Shown here piece by piece: positions 1 through 12,813 of a DNA stretch of 64,000 bases. The position numbers and the translations under genes were made by a program. How positions within the stretch are numbered: the stretch's first letter is position 1; each line of letters opens with the position of its first letter. The notes under the pieces are model-generated. The model saw nothing but the letters and a program-made list of their open reading frames with translations. It did not search any database and was not told where the DNA came from. The DNA comes from Phoronis australis. Lineage: Eukaryota > Animalia > Phoronida. The stretch covers positions 1-64,000 of the forward strand of contig NMRA01000870.1 in assembly GCA_002633005.1 (NCBI GenBank), written 5' to 3'.

Positions 1-1173
1 ATTTGGACAGGCAATCTTAAGAAATATTGTTGAAGCTACTCACTGTTGTAGTTTGTGCCCGACTAAGAGATACGAATGTGAATTGAGGCTAGTGTTCAAT
101 AATTCACTTGCTGACTCTAATTAACACAGCCCATTATAACATAATTTGAATCATACGTTTGCCCAAATAGTGTCTGCCTCCAAACAAGGACTTAGTGTTT
201 GACCCTTCATTGCCTGCGGGCTAATCACCAGTGTGCAGTGCTGTACCCTCTCTAACCGACCATAGTTGGCTCCTTGGCGGTGGAGCTTTGCAGTTAATAT
301 ATGTGTGCTGGGAAACTGAATTTGTGCTGCAATGCTGGGTCAAACTGTACAGAAATGTGCAGCTGTGACAACTGTAGTAACATCAGCAACACTGACTGCA
401 TAACATTGGATAGTTCTTTGACAAGTCAACCCTAAATGGACCTCCAACCCCGTTATTTCCTTTTTTGTATTAAAAAGTTTATTTTATTTATTGATTAAGT
501 CATAGAAAGTACATACTTTGATCATTGTCATGTATTTGTCTCATACTGCTTAATAAACGCTGTCAGAATAATTTATTGTTTTCATACAGTCTTTGTGCAC
601 ATACACAGAGATCATTCAACCATATTGTATAACGTATTTCTGGTGTATTATGCAAACAAGCTGTATTTTACACCATTAGTCAATGTTTTAGTCATTGAGG
701 CACAAATTTTGCCCAGTCTCAAGTGTTTTGTGTTATTTTTGTTGCCTGACAATGCCAGAATAACTTCCTAGTAACATTCAGACTTAGTTGCATTTTTGCC
801 ACTAGGTGTCTCTTTACGTTTTTTAAATTTCGCTGTTTACAATTAATTTACAATAGTAAAACATGTAATGTGAGTGTAATATTGTTCAATACAATGGCAC
901 TGATGGGACCATATTACTTGTTTCACAAAAAAGTCACCAAAACTGTTGTTTTTACAAATATAAGTTTACTAAGCTCTTTGGTGATAATTAGGTAACTTCA
1001 AACTCAAATTTCTCAAAAATGTGCAACTTTCTATGTGGGAACTTTTTAGATTTTGAAAACACTCTAATAAACGAATTAAAAAGCACCAAAATAAAATTGC
1101 CCCCCTAAAGTACTCACAAAAACCATGTTCTAGAGGCCCTACAAAATCTGGCCCACCGACTATAAGGGTCACT
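1..1173 (+). mobile_element. 3' part of a decayed Academ (AcademX-type) DNA transposon: XPG-like C-terminus and Cys-rich zinc finger remnants, right end near 1173
   Basis: Frameshifted + strand translation of 170-400 gives LPPNKD..LHCLRANHQCAV..VPSLTDHSW..ELCS*YMCAGKLNLCCNAGSNCTEMCSCDNCSN. This matches the LPP..H..RA.YQ..W / WGW / Cys8 C-terminus of AcademX proteins. The sequence ends ...ATAAGGGTCACTA (reverse complement TAG..., an Academ-like terminus) at the junction with the satellite array. Confidence 0.6.
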
Positions 1174-3220
1174 AGGAGGCTTTGCTGTAGCTAAATTACA
1201 GTGTACATTGAAAATCAAATGATTATGGCGCATTGTCATCATACATGTATACCTCTTAGTCAAATTTCATAAAAATTAGCCAATCAGTTCTCTAAATATA
1301 ACTCTGAAACTCTCTTCTCCTAAACAACACTTGAAAAGCCTCTTTCGAAAACCAAATGGTGCCGACATACCACTGTGTACAATGTCATGGAAATCCGCCA
1401 ATTTGTTCTCAAGATGTCATCCAGAAACACTCTTCGCTAAAACAACACCTGAAAATTCCCTTATCACGATGGACAAAAAGACCTCAAGAACGAAGGTTCC
1501 GGCGCACTGGCACCATTTTTTTTTTCTATTTTCGTTGCCATCCGTACATTGGTTCGCTAAATATCATCGGGGAACAGTTTTTCCTCAAACACTTGCCAAA
1601 CTCTTTGTCGAGAACAAAATGACCACTAGGAGGTACTGCAGCGGTCAAGTACGCCGGAAAATTTGATGATGCCAGCGCAATGATGTCACATACCTCTGTG
1701 TTAAATTACATAAAAATCAGCCAAATGATCTCTAGATATCACATGTGAACACTGTAGGCCAAACTGGTGACTAAGAGGTCTACAGTTGTCCAATAGGCAC
1801 AACACATTGATGTCACATATCTCACTGTCAAATTTCATCGTTGGCTGGTTCTCCAGATATCAATTGGAAACGCTCTTCCCTCACTCAAACAACATTTGAA
1901 AAGTCCATTTTCGAAAACACAACGGTCATTAGGAGATGCTACAGTGATCGAATACCCCCCAAAATGTATTGGCGTCACCGGATTTCTCTTTGTGAACTTT
2001 CATTGAAATCCTTCACTCGGTTCTCCACGGATCATACGGATAGGCTGTCATATATAATGGCGACTAGGAGGCCTTGAAGTTGTTGAATCTACGCGAAAAC
2101 TAAATGATGCATGTTCAATCCCATAATATATCCCTCCGTCAAGTTTCAATGTAATCCGTCAATTACATGTAGTTCTTTAGATATCATCCGGAAACTCTCC
2201 TCAGCAAAACAACACTTAAAAAACCCCTGAGAACAAAATGGCCACAAGGAGGTGCTGCAATAATCGAACCCGCCCAAAAGTTAATGATTGCGCCCCACTG
2301 TTATCACATACAGCTTAGTCAACTTCCATTGAAATCCTTTACCCAAATCACTAAATATCGTCCAGAAACGCTTTCCCAAAAACTGGAACTAGGAGGGACT
2401 TCAGCTGTTGAATCCGGCTGAAAGTCAAACAGTGACGGTGCAATCTCATGATTTACCTCTGTGTTAAGTTTCAATGAAATTCGTTGATCATTTCTTTAGA
2501 CATCGTCCGGGAACGTTCTTCCTTCAAAACAACACCCCCCGTGTTTGAAAACAAAATGGCTACGAAGAGGTGCTATAGTGGTTGAATTCGGCCGGAAATT
2601 TAATGATGCCGCATAGTCATCACAAACCTTTGTGTGAATTTTCATTCAAATCTTTCATTCTTGGTTCTCTATAAGTTGTCAGGAAACGCTCTCACACAAA
2701 ACAGCCAATAGAATTCTTACTTATTGTCCGGTAACGCTATCCAACCCAAAAACAACAGTTGAAACGTCCCTCGTCGAGAACAAAATGAACACTAGGAGAT
2801 GCTGCAGTGGCCAGCGCACTGATATCATACACTTTGTGTCAAGATTCGTTGAAATCCGTCAATCCTTTTTCTACACAGCAACAGTAAACTCTCTTCTCCT
2901 AAGAATATTGAAAAACATTCACGTCCTTCAGATCCTGGGGGACAGGGCAGACTGAAAAGTGGAGTGAACCGTTTTAGTGATGCCTTACACCTTTTTGACA
3001 AATTTCGTCAAAGTCAGACCAGGGTTTTTGCCATAAAGACAAAGAGTCAAAGGAAATTTGGAAACATGTAAAAATGAAGACCTGAAAGGAAATTTCATCA
3101 GTGAAAATGTAGCAAAAAGAAACGGTGGAGGATCCAGTGATGGATCTATGATATCATGAAGATGGGACTAACATGTTTCATTTTGTTATATCTGTTACCA
3201 ACATGCACACACACACACCA
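1170..3220 (+). repeat. Degenerate tandem array (~140/~175 bp units) with a conserved 3' flank and (CA)n; Helentron/HINE-like satellite carrier, copy 1
   Basis: Recurring AAAATGGCCACTAGGAGGTGCTGCAGTGG...AAGTTTCATTGAAATCC...TAGATATCATCCGGAAAC units start near 1170, 1617, 1765, 1922, 2056, 2236, 2382, 2553 and 2782. The 3' flank 2935-3020 matches 62685-62775, and a CA microsatellite lies at ~3206-3218. Confidence 0.8.
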
Positions 3221-3718
3221 AAATTAGCCGCAATGTAGTATTTGCCAAAATAATTTAGGGTCATTTTACTGTTTATTTTTTGTCGGCGGCCAAGCGGAAT
3301 CCATTTCAACACCCCACCTTAATACGCCACTGGAGCCAAAGAAGGTGAAGTTTAGTGAAAAGAATCTGAGACGGTGTTTGACTTGATCAGAGATGATGCC
3401 GTCTTCAGCTCCTTCCGTAACGATTACGACGATGACGCCCTACTCGTCGATCAGTCGTATTCTGGGGAGTCCAAAGTACATCCCTCAACACGTACGTTTG
3501 TGTCCGTGTCCTCGTGAAACTGAAAACGATCTGTTCTTATTCTAAAACTGCGTTGGCGATGTGCACTGCGTCGTTTCAGTTTAGCTACACTGCTGAGCAC
3601 ACGTAAATCTCTGTTCAAAGTCAAAAAACATTTTTTACTAAAATACGCTTATATCATAAAAAAATAAATATAGATTATTACATGGCGAAGTCGTTATCCC
3701 CCGTTATCTAGAGCCCGA

Positions 3719-3784
3719 GTGGATTTTGGAGAATTATCGCCCTAGGGGCGTTAGCCCCGAGGGTGATAATTCTCCAAAATCCAC
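3719..3784. repeat. Near-perfect DNA hairpin (about 30-bp arms), probably the core of a palindromic non-autonomous element
   Basis: GTGGATTTTGGAGAATTATCGCCCTAGGGGC-GTTA-GCCCCGAGGGTGATAATTCTCCAAAATCCAC; a second short palindrome, TTATCTCACTAGTGAGATAA, lies at ~4039-4058. Confidence 0.75.
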
Positions 3785-3952
3785 GAGTAAGAGGACATGA
3801 GAGAAAAATCTCACTGAATTAAGATATCATTTTTATGGAAATTATGTGTCATATTTTTCGTAGCTTATAAGTACAGTACAATGCGGTTTGTTGAACATGG
3901 GATTATTGCGCGTGCTCATTTCAGTATTCTATTTTCACTCTTGATAACGTCA

Positions 3953-4023
3953 GTCGCTGCATGGTGTAGAGGTAAAGTCGGCGACCAGCAATTTCAGGAT
4001 CCCGGGTTCGATTCCGTCCTCGG
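3953..4023 (+). repeat. tRNA-derived (SINE-head/pseudo-tRNA) sequence
   Basis: A-box TGGTGTAGAGG (3962-3972) and B-box GGTTCGATTCC (4005-4015) at tRNA spacing; no clean cloverleaf. Confidence 0.5.
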
Positions 4024-4305
4024 TTTCCCGCCAAATCGTTATCTCACTAGTGAGATAATTGCTGGGTTATTACACGGTTGTATCTGCCATTTGACGCTAA
4101 TATTGTGGTATAAAGACTATTAAATAAGCATAATAATTTTTTCAGGAGATTTATTAATCTTTCACAAAATATATACTTTGCAGTGGTAAGAGCTAAAAGA
4201 ATTTAAGATATTTGCACTACCGTACATCCTTGTAAATAAACAAGATTCACAGTTACATGTACAGTGTACCTTAAACCTTCTCCCAGTGCACCTTAAACCA
4301 CATTT

Positions 4306-4710
4306 CATGCCCGCATCCAGCCTTTAATAAGGGGGGTTCGAATCTCTGATCTCTAACAAAGTGGACCTTTTGCTTACAAAAAAGCGGGAGGACTAAAAAA
4401 ACGGGATACCACCTTCAGGTCTGTGAACTGTGCGTCTTCGCCTTTTTAGTGGACTTTTGTCTCGTTTTCATTACGGCGTTTTCCCGTTGCTCCCAACTTA
4501 TTCACACGTGGTCTGTAATAAGCCTTATGTAATTGGCCTGCCTGTTGTCATAACAGACAAAAGAGTGCGCTTGATAAGCTAGATGTTATCATACGCTCAG
4601 AACCCCGTACGTCTGGTAAAGTCACTGAACGGGAAAACCCTGTCATGTGGCGGACTTTTTGTTTCTCTGAGGCGAACCTTTTTAGCCCCTCCCCCCTGGG
4701 TGCGCGCATG
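4306..4710 (+). mobile_element. MITE family A (CATGCGCGCACC termini, 5-bp TSD; hAT5-like), copy 1, with a nested MITE
   Basis: TSD CATTT at 4301-4305 and 4711-4715; TIRs CATGCCCGCATCCAG...CTGGGTGCGCGCATG; the body matches 30477-30727 and 55351-56054. Confidence 0.85.
4469..4648. mobile_element. Small MITE nested in family A copy 1; second copy ends at ~20868
   Basis: TIRs CATTACGGCGTTTTCCCGTT...AACGGGAAAACCCTGTCATG. It is absent from the 30477 copy of the host, and its body matches ~20720-20868. Confidence 0.7.
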
Positions 4711-4804
4711 CATTTAACATTAAACCACTTTTATGAAATCACTTGATTGATGTTTTAACATGTTGGTAATTTCTCTATCGGATAGCAAGTAGCAGCATAT
4801 ATTA

Positions 4805-5321
4805 ATAAAATCAACCACGGTTTAAGTCGACTTGACATATTCCGGTGTCATTCATTCAACCACCATCATCTGAAGAGAGAATACAGCGGGCCACTTAGCT
4901 AGGTGAATGATTACTGTGTTAACGTAAGAGTTGTATTAACATTCAAGTCTCTATAACTGTCGAATTTATTTAACCCTAAGGAGAAAATTCCTATGGGTCA
5001 CGGTCCAGGGTAGTGTACAAATTTATCTGTGCTGGATGTGGCTCCAGTTATGTAGGCGGAAGTGTTTGCCATTTGAAAACCAGGATCAAGGAACATCTAA
5101 ATTCTGACAGATGTTCACAGGTAAGTATTCATCTACAGAGCTCCAATCATTGTTATCAGCAGTGCTCTTTCAATGACTTTGCAATAATAGACTGGGCAGT
5201 AACAATGAATAGGAGCTTAAAATCTGTGAGGACACTTCAGTTGGTGCAAGCCCAATCTCAACAGACAACTGACACACCACATGTTGTCATTGTTGGTCAA
5301 GTTTATTGTCACTCCCTGTAA
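4805..5321 (+). mobile_element. Penelope-like retroelement fragment: decayed GIY-YIG endonuclease preceded by an inverted pseudo-LTR
   Basis: Translation ...FNPKEKIP..VVYKFICAGCGSSYVGGSVCHLKTRIKEHLNSDRCSQVSIHL...FAIIDWA is the PLE GIY-YIG signature (VY.F.C..C...YVG......R..EH). 4805-4887 is the reverse complement of the pLTR/hammerhead segment at 10585-10671. Confidence 0.8.
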
Positions 5322-6103
5322 CTGAATATACTAATTCTACGGGTGTTGTTTAGATGCACCCCCCCCCGCCTTGACCGTGGTTGTGCACGCTTATACAATA
5401 GGCTCCTCTGCAGATCACGACTGTTAGAAGAATCGTATAGTGACGACCTGAAAAGAGAAATGGGACAGCGTGAACTCATGAAGGACGTAAACCAGGCAAT
5501 TCAAGAACCGGTCTACTATTTATATACTTAATTTTCCACTTCCTCCTTAATATACATGTAAACTTGACCAATTACAATCCATCTACGTCGACCATTTCAT
5601 TCCATTGCGTCGTATATTCGCTACAATTATGGACAATAGGTCTCTGCTGATGGACGTCACACACTTATCACGGACGTTTCCAGGATTTTTATTTAGGGGG
5701 GGGGGGGGGGGNAGAATATTAGCCAGGGTTTTGGCTGTCAGACATTCGCATCCCCGAACTGCCGAACTGGGAGAGTTTGAGGGGGGCCCATGACCGCCTT
5801 GCCCTCCACCCCCAAAATCAGCCACTTCTTCCACTAAAATCTAAAATATGAACAGTCGCGAGTTTACTGAAGTCTTATTATCAGTACAGAAATGCTGTTG
5901 AAGAATAACAGTGACTATCTGAAGAGGGGAATACATAACAAAATAAAATATGAAAACACCAAGCAAAAATCAAAACAAGACTTACCTGATGCAATAACGC
6001 CTTAAACGCGAACGTACTGACCGACTTGCATGACCGGAATGTTAGTTGAATATGTTGGTAGAACAAAACTGTCTCAGTGAAATTTTCACGGTTTAACAAG
6101 ATC

Positions 6104-6372
6104 CACCGTATATTTCCGTATATAAGTCTAGCAGAAAATAAGACCAGTTTGCGTATCTTATTTTTTTTCCCAAAAAATACCTAGGATGCCTATCTGAGAA
6201 TAAAAATGCATGGTTGAAATCTAAAATTTAATATGCTATTTTCACTGGGATATATTTAGGGCGAGCTACAGTATTTGTACTGTGTTCGTGTATTCGGCAT
6301 TGCCGAGTATAGGCCCTGGTGCGATTTTATATCCTACGTTTGGTTTCCCGAACTTACATACGGAAATCGCTG
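6104..6372. mobile_element. Decayed Tc1/mariner-pogo-type MITE
   Basis: Imperfect TIRs CCGTATATTTCCGTATATAAGT...ACTTACATACGGAAAT. Confidence 0.4.
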
Positions 6373-6482
6373 GCAATACTTCCCAAAATTATTTACCCTT
6401 GGTAACGCATCACCTCGGGTAAAAATAGAACAATAATAATTAGCAACGTAGCAGTCATCTCTTTCGAATCAAGCACAATTAA

Positions 6483-8210
6483 AGGAGAATGCTACCCAAA
6501 AAACAACCTATTTTGTATCAATCTAGATGGAGTAGTTCTACTCGATAGCGGCAAGTTCGGTTGCGTTACCTGACACCTGACGGCAGATAGAGGTGTTGAA
6601 ATTATCCAATGACGTCATTGGTTTCACACGTAGTCTGTTCAGCAGTTCACAACACGGGTTACTGGTGTCAGCTTATCGCTTGAATTCATCGTTTAACACC
6701 AAAAAATCATCACACTTCGATGTAAAACCCTTAAAAATACACCGAGTTCTTTTAAAACGTGTTGTTTTATTTCGCTGTTACGGATTCATTGGTACTTGGA
6801 CACACCGTATCCTACAAAGTTCGGCGGGCCACTTTATCAAGGTGGCGTAGCCGGAGTTTGGGACTCTCCGGAGATAAATTTGAAGTATTCTTCCGTGAAA
6901 TACAGACATGAGAACTTAGATCTGTGTTGTTTAGACTTATGATTTTTTGAGTTCTAAACATACAAAACGCTTGTTATTCCAGCCAGTGACTCGGAAAACG
7001 ATCAGGGCCCGTTGCGGCCGGACTGACTCGCTATCCTGGCCAGTGGCTCGAAACCCGATCAGGCCCGTCGCGGCCGCCGGGACTGGCACGAACATCAACC
7101 AGCTTGAGTTGGAAACTAAACCTCCAGTCACGAAAAGACTATAATAGAGAGCGAAAAAAATAATGTTCACGCAATTATTTATGTGAATTAACCACGAAGC
7201 TGAAAATCTACTGACTTGTCGGGGGCCGCGATGTCGGGTTCCCCTTCCACAGACCGTCAGGGCAAAGGTTGTAGAGTTACAATAATTGGAATAATGTTCT
7301 TGAATTTCTAAATAAAGATTTCTCTAACATGTGACCATAGCATATAAAACCGTGCAATTGTTTCACAACAGCTTCCTGTCAGCAAAAACTGAATTCATAG
7401 CATGCCGGCCTCGGTGCCCGGTCAATTACCTTTATTGCCAGCATCAAAAGCCGGTAAAGCAGTGGTCAATGCTTACTTCTCAACATTTGCACTCACGAAT
7501 ACTGTAAAGGCATTACAAATTGTATCAAATGAGACAGAATTTGTTTCAGTCACATAAGCATTGGTTAGGTTGAGAATAATTCATTTCGAAACAGAACGCA
7601 GAATAATAAACGTCTACTACATAGCCACTTGCCTGGCGCCAATCCCGACTTAGACAAGAGCTCATCCGACGAAGACTTCACGGGTCGGATCGTTATGTTC
7701 CACAGGCAATCAGTTCGAACCGGAATACACTGATCAAGAAATACCAGAGAAATACTAGAGGGGCGCTGTAAACATGCACAGGCAACGGAACGCATGGATT
7801 GTTCGTTGGTAAGCCGGAATTCGTCAGAGAAATCACTGTTGACGAAATGCCGGCCACAGACGCGGAGATCATTTGTTTCACGGCCTCATACTTGCTATTA
7901 ACAGCGTACCTTTCATTCTTCACTACCGCGAGCCACTTCCTAAGCATTTCGGGCTCTCGAGGAAGTCGAAAAAAACGTTATGCCCGCTTTCTTCGCAGCT
8001 TCATAGTTCGGACAAACGAGAACGATGCATCGCAATATGGCGGCATTCACTCTGCAGACGAACCACTGACGTCGGAGCGTCGATTCTCACCTTCCTCACA
8101 GGTTAACGCGACACCTCTCGGCAAGGTGAGGTCGACCGTATAAGAGGCGATGTTGATATAGACCGATTAACACGGTAAAAAATACTTAATAAATCGGGTG
8201 GCATTCTCCT
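6483..8210 (-). mobile_element. Non-autonomous Kolobok DNA transposon (family K1, copy 1) with decayed THAP domain
   Basis: TTAA TSDs at 6479-6482 and 8211-8214; TIRs AGGAGAATGCTACCC...GGGTGGCATTCTCCT. Minus-strand ~7790-8047 gives MPPYCDA..CPNY..FFRLPREPEMLRKWLAVVKN...LRVCGRHF (THAP, frameshifted). Near-identical inverted copy at 21844-27030. Confidence 0.85.
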
Positions 8211-10596
8211 TTAAATATACTTACAGCTGATTCAGAAATGCTCCTAAAACTATTTTAGGTAATACAAACAGCATGGTCTGTAGTTTAAGATCATGTTTCT
8301 TTTTTGTCTCAAACAATAAAATGAAGACGGTGACATGGACAAAAAGATAAGGTCCTGTGGAAAGTAAATATGGAACTCCGGGTCGAAAACACCTATCAGG
8401 TTCCAGGCCCGTTGCATCGGACTGCAGGTCCTGTATTCGTGTTAGCCTAACCCTAGGACCACAAGAAGCAACGACTACCAAATCTGATTCAACTGATTTG
8501 TCATTTTTCGAAATTGGTGGAGGATTTTCTTAGTCGCCGCAGACAGAGAGTGCCACGGGGTCACGGTGTCCTTGTCTGGATTCACCTTAATGTCGCCGGG
8601 ACACCATGGAGTCCAGGGTCTTGTACCTCAGACGGTACAGGGCGGGAATGAACAAGACCACAAGTGCACACACCAGTGCATGAGCAACCAAAATTGCGTC
8701 GCCGCAAGTTCAATCTTTCTTAGGTCTACATAGGGGTAAAGCTTGTAACGCTAGGACGTCGATAAAAAGCAATAATTCATGAGATTACATGATCTTGTCG
8801 TGTATTTTAATTGAAAACACGTGATTTTGGGTAGATTTTTCTAGTCCCAAGACAGCATCTGAACACTACCCTAGCCTGCGTCCAGGGGCGCAAGGGTGAG
8901 AATCTCGCGAGTACGCAAGACTGAAGACTTCGAGAGGTACTGTATGGTCACGTATTGCAAGTGAAGCACACGATCACACTGGCTTCCTTAGCGAGATTCT
9001 TGCCTCTGCGATGCATATTTCGGAGAGCAACAGGGAATTTGTAAGGGTAGTGAAGCGTGGTTACGTAGATTTACATTAGTTTTTGATGTGTATTTTGCGG
9101 GCGAATGTGCACTTACACAACGTAAGACAGGGATGCAATGTCTCTGTAACAATTACGTGTGCGCCGCGCGCTGTTTGTGCTGGGCTTTGTACTGCTAAAC
9201 ACGCAACGGCGTTCTTACGCGAATGAGCACTACCAAGAAGGCATTAGTAACTGCACTAAAAAACGAAAGACGTTTGAACTGCATACAGATTTTTAATGAA
9301 AATTTTTCGTTTCAACCCAAAAGTTGCATTGTCAGAAGCACTGAATGCTGATTGAAGTCAGTGGTGACTCTTTCCTTGCAAACTGACCCATTCAAAATTA
9401 TTAAGCAAGCCCAGAACGGCTGCAGATTTCAATCATTCGCCGGCATGCAGGTAAGTGGCAGCAAACCTTATTGTCCAACGATAGTTAATCGACTTAAGAG
9501 GAAGAAGCATAAAATCTCCCGTGCACGACGCAGCCTCGGTCGGGCTCACGCGGTGTGCACTTTAATCATAACCAGCTTTACTTTGGCTCCGTCTCATTTT
9601 GCTGCTGCTGCTCACTGTCTACACTACTTTGAACGCGCGATACATGTCCGACGGACAGACTTGGCTGTATTGTGTATGGGGGCATAAACAAAAAATATTT
9701 CTCATCGCGTCCAGGATAAAATCCGGAAACGTCGTCGGGAGATTTTAACTACTGACAAGGGCATTTGCAAAGGCCAGGGCAAGGGCGTTTTAAAAATAAA
9801 AAGTTTCGTAAACACGCAAGAGAGGCGATGGTCATTGCCTAGTTGATGTCAGGCGTGCAAGTTCATTGCGACAGTCGGAAATCGAACAGCACCTACGGTC
9901 TAATTAAACCAGCCTCCCGTTCAGTAACGCTAGATCCTCTATAAAAAGCAAGACTTCGCGAGATTACGTGAGATATTGCAGTGCTTTTTAAATGAGAACA
10001 CGTGAGTTTGACTAAGTTTTAGCTAGGTTCTAGCGTAGGTCCTAGCGTCTACTAACTCACGCCAGAGCACGTCACGCTACAACGATAAGTTGCAGCCTTC
10101 GGTGTATTTTTCATTTGTATTTTCAACAGAAATCTTCGTCATGCGGGACTCGGTGATTCTTTTCATAGACAAAGCGCCAAACACAAGTTAAACGCAAGAC
10201 AATCGAGTAACGGTAGTGACATAGTCAAGACAAGGTAAAGATTACAGAGCCCGTTATACCGATTCTCAGATTCAAGCCTGAGAGAGTAGTAATCATCCAT
10301 TGAACGCTTTAGTGACACGAGAGTTGGGTCGATCCAAAATTAGCGTTTCTAAAATTTCCCTTGTCCGAAATTTGCGGGACAGAAATCCGATGTTTATGAC
10401 ATTGTCCGAAATTCGAGGATAATTGAAAACAGTTTTTGGGCCTTGTACGAATTTCGTGGACCATGAAAAACTCATTTCGGAAATATTTATTCTTGTCCCA
10501 AAATGGCGGGCCGTCCGAAAATCGCGCGACTTTACCGTATCTGTGCTTCATTACTTAGTTGTTGATGGGCCTAGCTAGGTCTGCACTGTATTCTCT

Positions 10597-10641
10597 CTTC
10601 TGATGATGGTGTTTGAATAAATGACACCGAAACATGTCAAG
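10597..10641 (+). ncRNA. Minimal type I hammerhead ribozyme in a Penelope-type pseudo-LTR
   Basis: Core CTGATGA (10600-10606), stem II GGTGT/ACACC (10608-10612/10624-10628), GAAAC-ATG-TC with predicted cleavage after C10638, stem I CTT/AAG. A degenerate antisense copy sits next to the GIY-YIG fragment at ~4835-4875. Confidence 0.65.
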
Positions 10642-12813
10642 TCGACTTAAAACCGTAGTTATTTTTATTAATGTTCGTAGTTTACGGCACTAGGCACAAA
10701 TAAAACCCACACAGCAGTTACTTTAGGTTGACGTTAGCCTCAGGTCAAGGCTCACATTTACATTATACACGATGACCTGTCAATCAAACATAGTAGTGAT
10801 GACAGAACCAACTCAGTAACTTCCAATCTGGCGCATAGCTTTCCGCAAATGACAATTTATTATAACGACATCATAGTAATAATAATGATAATGATAATGA
10901 TAACGATGATAGGAGGAGGGGGATATAGGGGAGATGGTAGGAAGGGGGGAGAAAGGAAGAGAACAGATAACTTCGTTCGTTTCATGCCAAGGTTAGAAAA
11001 CACCTGTGTTAAAAATTCAGCACACCAACAATGATACTTTTAACAGAGGCTATGGACCAGACTACTTTTTAAGCACTGGACCTGGCTATTACTTTTATTT
11101 ACGGCACTTAGTAACGTATAGAGAATAATAAGCTTTCAGCTGTACTTTTATGCACATGACATTTTATGATCAAAGATTTTGAAAATATAAAGTTTTATGA
11201 GTGTATCATAAAAAATGGCCAAGTTATTCACGAAATTACATCCTTAATAACGTCTTCAATCAGGATATTAAAACCGGCAAACTTTACGCTAATTGCAACG
11301 TATCGCGTTTGTGAAAAAACGCCGAGTGTCATTCCTAACGAAGTTCATGCGGCGCCCGTCTTAGCTATGATCCAATGTTGTATCTCCAGTACATTAAACT
11401 CCAGAAGAAGACAAACTGCAGAAATGCCGAAAAGGATTCTTCGCTTACCTTTTCCCATTTCTTTCATCCTTGCAAGTCAAGCCGGTTTCCCAACATCCGA
11501 GGTCAGTGACATGTCAAGGTTAGATGAACAGTTATGGTTCAGCAGTGTTGCCTCTACCGCCAAAGACGTCAACAAGACTATTCACTAAGGCCGCCGCCAT
11601 TATTGTTTCATGGACCGTCGCGAAACCTAGCGGGTGTGTGTGCGCCCACGAAGTACCCAAGGCGTTGACTACGGCCGATTTTAGTTTGTCAAATTCAAAA
11701 TTGTGAAGTGCCGTCTTTGTTTAAAACATTGAAAACAAAAAACATGAGCAGTGCAAAGGAAAAAAGTCATAGGCAAAATATAGAGTATATCTAGAAAAAA
11801 TTTGGGCGATGCGCTCTTTCTCAAGGGTGTGCTACAGAGTCTAGTTTTTCTATTTTATATTTTTATTCGGTGGTAACTGCACGGCACGGCAACATCTATT
11901 TGATTTAAATACATTCAAGCAGGGGGCCTGTGCTCAGTTACATGAAACAGTCCCAAATGTCGGCTCAACACTCAACAGAGGCAGGTCTAGGGTTTCTTAA
12001 ATCGGGGGGGGGGGCTGTCGGATCAAAGACTTATTACGAAAGGTGGCCCAAGTTAACAATTAGAAAATTCTAGCTACATGTATGGCATCACTAAAATCGA
12101 GGAAAAATAGGAGGTCCGAACCCCTTTGACAAAAATCCGCCTGTGATCAACTGCGTTGCCTAAATCTTTTGCGTATTTTTTTCGTTCCTTACACACAGTT
12201 TTTACGTTTTTCTATCTTTTAATCTTCATTAAGAGCTCCTCTTTAGACTTATGACGTTTTCTAATAATGTAAGTAAAACGCTAAGCCCTTAATTCAGTCA
12301 AAATATTCAATTAGGGGCGTTGCATGAGACGACCCCTACATATATTATAAAATATTGAGAATTCAACGTATAAAGCTCACTAGGGAACTGATTCGACCCC
12401 CAGCGTCCGTATCTGATGGTATCCGAAATGGGTAGCGAATTGGGGTCGGTGGAAGTGAGTGAAACTGGATTCAAGAGGGACAGGGGGTTAAAAACGAGCA
12501 GGGGATGGAATTCCTGCCTGCAGTCCAATAAACCTGTCATGTATGCCCTCATAAAGCAGCCAAGATGCCTTTTGAATACGCAGTCCATTTAAGGTAGTTT
12601 TTACGATGCTTTCTAGCTCTCGTAAGCATTCGTATTTTTTAAAATTAACTATCAGCAGTTAAAGCAAATTAAGCCGACATCGGCAGGCGAAACTGGCCAA
12701 CTTCAAAGTAAATAACAAACGGACGCCTTACTTCCTGACTTGATGTTTTAAGACAAGTGTTAAAACAAAAATCTAATCACACGACATCGTCAGTGAGTTT
12801 GTGGGGTTAAAAT

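Noticed and set aside
1170-2900. CRISPR-like array interpretation of the regularly spaced repeats
   Set aside because: Whole units are homologous (no unique spacers), the repeats are degenerate, there are no cas genes, and the context is eukaryotic.
3370-6040. Possible two-exon minus-strand gene (donor ~5985, acceptor ~3520)
   Set aside because: The joined frame is short and has no recognisable motif; the splice-like sites may be chance.
6593-8143. ORFs apparently conserved between 6593-8143 and 21989-23401 (e.g. MLKLSNDVIGFTRS...)
   Set aside because: They reflect two copies of the same Kolobok element; only the frameshifted THAP remnant has protein-like motifs.
8533-8715. Minus-strand hydrophobic stretch AILVAHALVCALVVLFIPALYRLRYK as a small secreted peptide
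   Set aside because: No in-frame ATG or convincing splice partner, an early stop, and no recognisable family.
11166-11588. 140-aa ORF
   Set aside because: No recognisable domain; overlaps dispersed-repeat sequence (similar to ~41270-41350).
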